Assembly (NCBI RefSeq): GCF_006345805.1
Contig: NC_042998.1
Span: 57,660,001 to 57,724,000 of the forward strand
Direction: 5' to 3'
Source: Octopus sinensis
Lineage: Eukaryota
DNA length: 64,000 nucleotides
Part shown: positions 54,135 to 64,000 of the stretch, piece after piece
Numbering within the stretch: the stretch's first letter is position 1
Layout: every line of letters starts with the position of its first letter
Notes under the pieces: model-generated
Told to the model about the DNA's origin: nothing
Database searches by the model: none
The model's input: only the letters and a program-made list of their open reading frames with translations
Program-made: the position numbers and the translations under genes

Positions 54135-54317
54135 TTATTCATTTCAGCCATTTGGTTGCGTCAATGCCCAAGTGAAACCAAATAAGATTAGTCGAACAAA
54201 TCGACCCCACTACTTATGGTAAATCTGATCCTTTATTATACGGCACTCTTTCGGCTTAAACAAACCAACACTGCTAGTCAAGTGGTCGGGAATCACACAC
54301 ACAAAGACACAGACACA

Positions 54318-54376
<59 letters not shown>

Positions 54377-54560
54377 CACACACACATACACACACACACA
54401 TGTAGGACAGGCTTCTGAATAATTCTGTCTACCAAATTTATCGTAAATAATTGGATGAAATGGGTTATAGTAGAAGGTGCCTCGCATTGCAGAGGGTTTG
54501 AAACCATTGCTGTCACGCGAAATTCTTGACCGCACAGCCATACCAGTGGCCATACCTGAT
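54135..54560 (-). mobile_element. SINE family A, degraded, with (CA)n linker
   Basis: TAGTCGAACAAATCGACCCC, ATAGTAGAAG and ACCGCACAGCCATACC. Confidence 0.7.
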
Positions 54561-55154
54561 CGCCCACAACCAATTTGTTAAGTTCTAAGCATTTCCACGA
54601 ATTACAATTAAAATGTAAATAACTCCAGCTGGAGAAATATGAGCCGCGTGTTTCTATGCGAATTGATTAATGACTTTTCAATGTAATTGCTCAATTCGTT
54701 ACAAGGAAAAACCAAATATTCATCATATCGCAGTTTACTCTAAGTTGACTAAAAATGAAAGACAAATCGAGTAATGCAGTCGTACTTACACATTTCCTGA
54801 TAAGTGAGGTCAAATTTAGCAGAGCATCGGCAAGCTGCCACGTCAACATTAAGAAACGTGAGAGAAAGAAAGGGGTGGGGACAGAAACAAAAATGTTAAC
54901 AATAGTTGCTTATTAAAGATGTTATGAAGAACAGATACTGGTTTCTCTCATATGCATGTCTGTTCCCTGGCAATATGTTGATGTTCTAGTTTTGTTCTGA
55001 GATAACGTGAGACGCACACATACACGAAACACAGACACGCACAACACACGGCCCTAGTAATCCGTTACAGTACTTACCTAGTGTACCTAATCGTTTAGAT
55101 CTCCTGTGAACTAAACCCCCATACTGTGTATGTATGTATATATATATATGTGGA

Positions 55155-55345
55155 TATAGGGAGAGTTTACGAAAAAAACAAAAGACGAAGACAGGTGGTG
55201 TATAAAACAAACAGAGGTATTAGTATAACGCTCAGGAATAGAAAAAGACTCTTGTTTCAAGCCTATGCTCTTCTACAGAAAGGGACACAGAAAAAACAAG
55301 GAGAGAAAAAAAATGTGTGTGGTGGCTAATGATCTATTATGGCGA
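55155..55345 (-). mobile_element. PLE pLTR with a degenerate hammerhead (55255-55281)
   Basis: Minus strand TTT-CTGTAGA-A-GAGC(ATAG)GCTT-GAAA, then CCTGAGCGTTATACTAATAC...CACCACCTGTCTTCGTCTTTTG...CTCCCTATAT. Confidence 0.6.
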
Positions 55346-55346
55346 C

Positions 55347-55416
<70 letters not shown>

Positions 55417-55579
55417 TGTGTCTGTGTGTATGTATGAATTTATATTTATATGCTTATGTGCATGTATATACACAAAGACTCGAAAGTATGCATTTGTGTT
55501 ACTATGCGAATTTGTAAGTAAATATAGGTATATATATATGTATGTACATGCATGCGTGGAGAAAACTCATATCTCATAT

Positions 55580-55630
<51 letters not shown>

Positions 55631-56239
55631 GACAGACAAACACAGACACACACATATATAATCAGTTATATAACCAAGAGTGTTTGATTTCATAATTCTT
55701 TGAAAACATTGGAAAGCAAATGAAAAATTTCCAAATACCTGCATACAACATGTATACGTACAGAGGTATGCGCATCCACATGTCTCTATACCGATAGAAA
55801 CGCAGATAAGAACGAGGCGTACGTACACATACACACGCACGCACGCACGCACACACACACACCACACACACACACACACAACACACACACACAAACCCTC
55901 CGAAAGGTATATGTACAAGCACAAACAGTGAAGAAAACAAGAGTAATTGCAGCAATTCTATCACAAGAACACACCTAGAAGTCTAAGTGGAAACGTGTTC
56001 TAAATATATTTTGGTCTAGCTAAGTTGATGTTGGTACGGTTACACTAATAATGGCATTGCTATAATTTCTACACAGTCATTCCCACACGCATGCGCACGT
56101 ATCATTTAAGACTTATCGCCAGCGTAGAGTTCACTTTCATTGGCTTACAAATTATACGTGCGTGTGCATCTGTGTATCTCTGTCTCTCTCAGTCTCTCTC
56201 TCTCTAAAGACATATAAATATGTGTGTGTGTGTGTGTGT

Positions 56240-57454
56240 GGTTCGGTAGTGGAATTCCCTCTTTTGTTGGTTATGGTGTTTTTGCTGGGCAAATTGTTAG
56301 ATATAGTCTTGGTGGATTTTTGGAAAGAATACACTGTTGGGATATTTAGAGAATCAGGGGCATGGTAAATTGGTTGAGACTTTTGATCGGTGTTTGGGTG
56401 AGAACCTTGAGGTTTTAAATAAATACGGGATAATATCCGGTCTTCAGCTTAACAAATTTTTGTAAGGATTTGGAAGGTTTACGATTCGAGTTATTTGTTT
56501 ACTGCGTCGCCAATGTTGTTTGAGACAATTGAGGAAGTGATAATTGTGCGCTATGTAATCAATATTTAGTTGGTCCTTTAAATTCTTGGTTCTGGAACCG
56601 CTTGTCTAATTAAGCATGTAAGTGTAGATACTTGTAGTTTTATTATCTTTTGGGCTGTTTTAGATGGCTTTAAACATAGCAAGATTTTATGGTAATAGTT
56701 AATTGCAAGTACTTTTATTAATTCTTATATAATGAAATTTAATGCGTCTATTAGTTACTGGTAATTTAATATTATAGCTTGTAGTGGTGATATATTAATG
56801 AGTATGTAGTGTTTGAGTATTAACTTTTGAATGATGAAATAATGTATTTCACTCATAATTATAATTAGTTAAATTAATTTCAATCGTGTTTGTTTTGTTT
56901 TGGAGAGATTTATATAAAGTTTTAACTTTCATTATAGTGGTAGCTATGGAAGACTGATGGGATTATTGTTTGTATGGACTTAAAGATTAGTCGTGGTTTA
57001 GCATATGATTTTGTTATTGCAGGTTTACTATTAATACCGATACAATGTACATTGGTTTATATGTGTCTTTGTTGTAGTTTCATTAAATGACTATACATTA
57101 ATGAATTGAAAGAACGTGGTTAATAAGCTTTCACTTTTATATAATACTACGGAAGACAGTAGGCATCATAATTTTGTATGACAATAGAGTTGTTGCTGTT
57201 TAGTAACATATTTAGGAGCTGGTTGTAATTTACTTATTGAATATATCTACCGATACGGTTGTACATAGGGTAAATGTGTTTGGAAGTTGTGGTTTCTTTG
57301 GTTTGCTAGTTTTCAAACGGCACATATTTTAGTGCTGTTGACACCGTCGGATCGGGTGGTACAGTCCGGTTGTCGAGGTTATGGGGCAGCTGATGAAGGA
57401 CGTATGTTGGATTGTTGGTATGACTGCGGAATAGCATTATAACATCCTTTTGTA

Positions 57455-57455
<1 letters not shown>
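56240..57455 (-). mobile_element. Probable degraded 5' region of a PLE with an inverted pLTR
   Basis: Strong A/C-rich minus-strand bias as in the 13.6-kb PLE. A plus-oriented CAGCTGATGAAGG and a tail ending at (TA)n sit at the right end. No diagnostic protein motif recovered. Confidence 0.4.
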
Positions 57456-57521
<66 letters not shown>

Positions 57522-57706
57522 TGTGTGTGTGTGTGTATGTGTGTGTACGTGTGTGAGTGTGTGTGTGTGTGTGTGTGGAGGTGCGTGGTTTAGTGGCTAC
57601 GGTATTGAACTCACGGTGATAAAATTGTGTTTTCGATTCCTGAAGCGGGAAAACGGTTCTATGAGCCTATATATCTCGGGAAGGATCTTGATATATATTT
57701 ACAGAT

Positions 57707-57741
<35 letters not shown>

Positions 57742-58031
57742 GGAGAAAGCGACTTCTGTTCTTTAATGACAGGTAGGGGTTTCGTGATTTCTCGCTGGAA
57801 GCAACCACACAGATTAATTGTTTATAGTGGTTCTAATGTTTGTGTTTATATATGCTCACTTTCTTAATCAAGTCGATGATTGCCAGTACAGGTGTGCAAA
57901 TATGCCACGTATCACATGTCGAAAGGATCGCGAAGAATCGTGAAATGAAGTGTTTTACTCAAGAACACTACGCTCCAGACGATGTGGCAGGAACTGAACT
58001 TACGATGTTGATATCTTGAGTGCAACAACCC

Positions 58032-58076
<45 letters not shown>

Positions 58077-58077
58077 C

Positions 58078-58108
<31 letters not shown>

Positions 58109-58189
58109 GTATAATATAAATGATGTATATATGCATATATACATGCATATATGCATATACATCTATACGTATATACATATATGCATATG

Positions 58190-58365
58190 TGGGCACAGGA
58201 CGACACGAAACGTGTACAACAATAAAGTACGAAGCACGAGTACATGGAACATGACCTATTCTTTCGAACAGCGAAAGACACAAATGGAAAACAAAACAAA
58301 CAACACAAACAACGACCCTTCATCAGTTATTAGCTGTTTTTCTAGTCTCGTAATTCGAGCATTTA
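58190..58365 (-). mobile_element. PLE-like pLTR tail (same family as 48775-49075)
   Basis: ACGACCCTTCATCAGTT is shared on the plus strand. Confidence 0.45.
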
Positions 58366-58380
58366 TATATATATATATAT

Positions 58381-58725
58381 ATTGGGCAAGTGTCTTCTAC
58401 TATAGCCTCGGGCCGACCAAAGCCTTGTGAGTGGATTTGGTAGACGGAAAACTGAAAGAAGCCCGTCATATATATGTATATATGTATATATGTATATATG
58501 TATATATGTATGTGTGTTTATGTGTTTGTGTGTCTGTGCTTGTCCCGCCAACATCGCTTTCCAACTGATGCTGGTGTGTTTACGTCCCCGTAACATAGCG
58601 GTTCGGCAAAAGAGACCGACAGAATAAATACTAGGCTAACAAAGAATAAGTCCTGGGGTCGATTTGCTCGACTAAAGATGGTGCTCCAGCATGGCCACAT
58701 TCAAATGACTGAAACAAGTAAATGA
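58381..58725 (+). mobile_element. SINE family A, 5' truncated, low divergence
   Basis: TTGGGCAAGTGTCTTCTACTATAGCCTCGGGCCGACCAAAGCC... through CAAATGACTGAAACAAGTAAA. Confidence 0.9.
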
Positions 58726-58793
58726 GTATATGTCTTCACTCTGCGTGCTTCAGCTTCTTTGATATGGTAAAAGTCCGGATACTTATTGATATA

Positions 58794-59641
58794 CGTGGTC
58801 TGATCAATAAATACCCGGACTGTAGCCATAGTAACGCAGTTGAAGTATGCAGTATGAAGAGGTTTACCACAGATTGACCGTGATCTCTGCTGTGCAAAAG
58901 CACTACGATTTAACATTGTAGCTCAATTCTACTGTTTAGAGCATTGCTTCGAAGGAACGTATGTTGCGTGAGATCAATCGCATTGAACATGACAAAGTTG
59001 AGCAGAAAATCTGCATGAAATTTTGCCAAAAGCTTGGCGATACCTCCTTAGGGGCCAAAGCAAAGTTTACGAAAAGTTTTCCTCGTTCTTGTCACAATCA
59101 AGGAGATATTGTGCAACGGAAACCAGAGTGGCTTTTTGGTTATCTGAAAGCACAAACATGGCAGATATGCATCTCATACCCAAATATTCAGTGATAATGG
59201 ACTGACCTGAACCGTAACTAATGTGCACATCCTCTGATAACTCGTGGATGATAATTCGGCGATTTTTCCTCACAGCTGCACGCACATCTACGATGTTTTT
59301 CTCAGTTCTGCTGGTTGCGGGCCTCCCAGAATGTTCATCAATATCTATATTTTTTCGGCCGTTTTGGAAACGTCTGAACTACTCATACACTTATGTGCGC
59401 CTGATACACTTCTCTCCCTACACTTTCTGCAAATTTTCGTAGGCCTCTAAGTAGATATCGCCATGATAACTTTCTCCGTTATGGTCAATGTGACGATTAC
59501 ACGCTACACACTTTCCTTCCAAGCACTGCTGTAAATAGCAGAAGTGAGCTAGAACGTTAAAACCTAGTGCACATGCACAACAGAATTCAAGGTCAATCGT
59601 TTGCGTGATTTAGCTTCGTCACTATAGCAACAGTTCGGATA

Positions 59642-59645
<4 letters not shown>
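58794..59645. mobile_element. Mariner derivative made of two inverted 5' halves
   Basis: Plus arm: TA|CGTGGTCTGATCAATAAATACCCGGAC, then DKVEQKICMKFCQKLGDT. Minus arm: the same leader (about 75% identity), then the HTH region HSGRPATSRTEKNI...RRIIIHELSEDVHISYGS. Confidence 0.8.
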
Positions 59646-59679
<34 letters not shown>

Positions 59680-59704
59680 CACATACACCCCCCACACAAT
59701 CACA

Positions 59705-59742
<38 letters not shown>

Positions 59743-60112
59743 CAACACATATATGATGTTTTCTTCATCTTAACAGATGATAGCTGTCCCATCAACACAT
59801 ACAGACCTATCCCTGAAGAGCTCTCAGATGACTGCTGACTGACAGGGTTTCAAACACAAGTGACAGATATTATTGAAGTTTCTTCTACATCTTTTCCCTT
59901 TGGAATCTGAAATGTTTTTATGAACAATCATTTGTCTTTTAATCGCAGACATTGTCATAGAAGCGTTGTGAAATATGATACAAGTTGTTACGGAAGACAG
60001 AATATGTAGGAAACTTTATTTATCACAACGATCGTTTCGGCATAATTCTGCACAGTTCGATAGTAGGTGGGAAACGATGTAATTTCAGCGCACCCAACAG
60101 TGAATGAGGTAG

Positions 60113-60164
<52 letters not shown>

Positions 60165-60168
<4 letters not shown>

Positions 60169-60248
60169 CTTCTAATTTGTTGTGCGCTAGTTCAGATTGA
60201 ACGTTATATAAGATAGTAAGACAAAACCGATATGAGTATGACACTAAT
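60165..60248 (+). repeat. ~85-bp segment following (GA)n, repeated at 62877-62967
   Basis: TTTTCTTCTAA...GTGCGCTA.TTCAG.TTGAACGTTATATAAGATAGTAAGACAAAAC.GATAT appears in both places. Confidence 0.8.
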
Positions 60249-60408
60249 GTACTTTCATGAAACACATGTAGTCTTATAAACGGAAAATACGGGATTCAGA
60301 ATAGATATAGTTAGTATAAGATTTAATATTTAACATTTTATGGAGTGGCCAGGTATAAAATCTTTCAGCATTGATTGAGTTGAACGTGGTTCTGTCTATA
60401 AAACTACT

Positions 60409-60441
<33 letters not shown>

Positions 60442-60740
60442 TACGCACATATGTATGAATATACATACATACATGCGTACATATATATATATATATATAT
60501 ATATTCTAGGTGAAGGACAATTTTTGGTGAAGCATGACTGTCACCACTACTACATGAACCTGAAGATTGCAGAATTTAATGCATGAAAGTACTAGTTCAA
60601 TCAGAATGAACATTTAACATTCTACTATTTTATTTTATTCTACTATATTATATTATATTATCTTATATTGTATTATTATAAGATTGTAAATAAAACGTGA
60701 AAATCATACGAGGCTGGAATTCCTTTATTAATATATATAT

Positions 60741-60783
<43 letters not shown>

Positions 60784-61533
60784 ATATATATAATATATTT
60801 ATATTATATATGTATGTATGTATATAATATATATATGTATGTAAGTATATATGTATATATATATACACACACGCACACAGAGTCTGTAACTGTTATTAGA
60901 AGCCATTTCTAACTTGAAGTCGTATAGCGCAGCAGTAGTAGCAACAGCAACAGAGTTACTATCAGCCTATAACAGACATCACGATCATTACCACAACAAT
61001 TGATGATATTATAGAATAGACTGGTACTACTGCTTTCTAGTTACATACGTCTATATTTATTATTTATTTATTTATTTATCATGTTATTTATATATTAATT
61101 AAGTTATTTACTTCTTTTTTTTTTTTTCATCTATATTATTTTTCTTCCCTCCATGTTTTCACTGTTGCTGCAACAGTCGATTGATTATATTGTGAAATGT
61201 ATAGCAGCAGCCTTCTCATAAGATATGACATCATCAGTTGATGATGATAACGAAATAGTCTGGCTTCATCATGTGTTTTTTTTTTTCTCACTAACCATCA
61301 ACACTGAATGTGTTTCAGTTCAGTTGGAATGTTTGTTTGTAAATAAATAAAACTTCAAATTTCTCTCTCTCCCTGTGAATCTCTCTCTCTCTCTCTTTTT
61401 CTTTCTCTCTCTCTCTCACTTTCTCTCTCTATCTCTAGACCCACATTGCTTGCCTTTTTTTCCTGAATCAGATACACGCTTACGTTATATCGATCATCCG
61501 GTTTAGTATATACAATCCTATGTATGCGCTATG

Positions 61534-61571
<38 letters not shown>

Positions 61572-61686
61572 GCATGTATGTATGTATATATGTATGTACG
61601 TATGTACGTATGTATGTAAGTGTAAGTCTATGTGTATCTATCTGTCTTTATGGATCTCTATACATACATACATATATACATACATG

Positions 61687-61717
<31 letters not shown>

Positions 61718-61972
61718 ATATATATACATATATGTGTGTGTGTGTGACAGTCTATATAAGTTTGTGTGTATGTATGTACACGTACTCACACACGTATTTC
61801 TGTGTTTAAGAGAGAAAATCTTGAAGGTTGTTGATAACTAAAAGAAATACTGACGTGTGCTTAAATGAGTGGTTGATTGTGTGTGGTGTTATATACATGT
61901 GGGTACATGTTTTATGCACACATGCGTCTGTGGCTCCGTGTACATTTATAAATATATATATATATATATATC

Positions 61973-62004
<32 letters not shown>

Positions 62005-62554
62005 ATATAATATATATATATATTATATATATATACTCATGCATAACACCACGTGTTCATATATAGGAAATGTACAGAGCTATAAATATGAATATATATA
62101 TATTATATATACGCATATGTGTGTGTGTGTGTATACCTTTGTGTGTGTGTGTGTTTGTGTTTGTTGTGTGTATATGTACCTGTCTGTTTAAATGTATGCA
62201 TGCATTTATGAATACACAATTGTACTTAACATATACTTGCATATTTAATTAAGCATGAAATTACAAGGTTTCCAGAAAGGTTATCGGAACTACGTGGATC
62301 TTGAGACAACACACGCACACACTCGCAAAAAAAAGCACCACACACACACACACGCATGCACACACCATGTATAACCACATACCTACATTTCATATATATG
62401 TATGTTTCTATGTGCGTGTATATATATATATATATATATATAGATATATATATATATATATATATATTATCTATATATATAAGTATATATATATCTGAGT
62501 GTGAGTGTGTGTACTTACATACACACATACACATTTAATATATATAGATATATG

Positions 62555-62611
<57 letters not shown>

Positions 62612-62839
62612 ATATAACATATACACACAGCTATGTTTTGCGTATGTGCATACAATGTGGGCTTCGTTGTAGTAGAATTAGTTAGGCGTCTCGTAGAGAG
62701 AGGAATGTATGAGATTAAGAATAAAGATAACCTGTGTGATGACAGAAAGGGATAGAGTACGAGAGAGAGAGAGAGAGAGAGAGGGAGAGGAGGGGAATAG
62801 AAAAGAGTGAGGATAATTGAAAGAATGAAATAATGAATT

Positions 62840-62879
<40 letters not shown>

Positions 62880-63605
62880 TTTCTTCTAAATTTTTTTTTT
62901 GTGCGCTACTTCAGGTTGAACGTTATATAAGATAGTAAGACAAAACTGATATAAGCACGAAACTAATATATCTGTTAATAGACAACAAAAATCATTCACA
63001 ATCTCCTATGTATATATGTGTATATATACGCGTTCATGAATTATATATAAATATATATATATATATATATACACGTATACACTCATGCATATATGTATTC
63101 ATACATACATACATGCATACACACACACATATATTCAGGCATAACCATACATATAGATACGCACCACGCACACTTTCTTTCTCATGCATTGTCTCATGTT
63201 CTATCACATCTATTGTCACCTTCATACTCTACAAGCATGCACATTTTAATGCTAAATGCAAAAAAAAAAAAACGAAAAAAACGTAAAACATTATATCCGC
63301 CGTGATAATATATCTGCAGGATACGTGCAACATGCGTAAAATTAAAGATATTTTATTTCCTATTTTTTTCCAGTTTTTTTTTTTTTGAATAATATATTTT
63401 AAAGATTTTCATTTCTTTTCATTACGAAACGTCTGTGTTTAACTAAACGCCTAAGCTGTTTATACGATGCGTTTGATAACAGATTGAAAGCGTTAATTAA
63501 ATAGAATTAGAGGAGTTCACTGTTAATGTTAAACATTAACGTCTCTCTCTCTCTCTCTCTCTTCTCTCTCTTTCTCTCTCTCTCAGTTGAATATATGTAT
63601 GTGTG

Positions 63606-63650
<45 letters not shown>

Positions 63651-64000
63651 TATATATATTTCTGCATATAAACATGTATATATACATAAATGCATTATAA
63701 ACACACACACACACACACACACGCACACACACCCACACACACACACATACACAAACACACACACAATCATACACACACAACACACACATACACACACTTA
63801 CACACACAATACACACACACAACACACACACACACACACATGTATACATAGACATAGATATGCATTTCATTTATATACATATGCAAGTATATATATCTAT
63901 ATATAGAAATAAATATGTATGTGTGAATCTATGTATGTACATATGTAAATAATATATATATGTGTGTGTTGTGTGTGTGTATGTATATATATATATTATA

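Noticed and set aside
57385-57450. CTGATGA as a complete hammerhead
   Set aside because: There is no correctly placed GAAA or helix III. The same applies to the CTGATGA/CTGAAGA hits near 43755, 44176, 59815 and 61231.

Overview
This is AT-rich, microsatellite-dense eukaryotic DNA, most likely from an octopus. That assignment is an inference from the SINE types, the (TA)/(CA)/(TCTA)/(TATG) load and a divergent 18S fragment. I found no recognisable host protein-coding gene, so the window is intergenic or lies inside a large intron, and almost all ORFs in the supplied track are microsatellite artefacts. The window is a mosaic of transposon remnants: more than 20 tRNA-derived SINE copies from three families; a Penelope-like element (PLE) RT plus GIY-YIG remnant and many PLE pseudo-LTR tails; mariner/Tc1 remnants and MITEs; a Helitron Rep derivative; an Academ-type transposase with a PIN/XPG-like domain; fragments of RTE, CR1-like and R4/Dong-like LINEs; and an 18S rRNA fragment. 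The most interesting signal is a dispersed set of minimal type I hammerhead ribozyme motifs with palindromic helix III, most of them decayed. One sits at the centre of a 330-bp non-coding element with 90-bp inverted arms (37008-37337), which looks like a MITE but is better explained as a tiny ribozyme-bearing PLE derivative. A perfect 66-bp inverted duplication without a target-site duplication (TSD) at 44679-45727 also stands out. All alignments and folds were done by eye; no database search was run.
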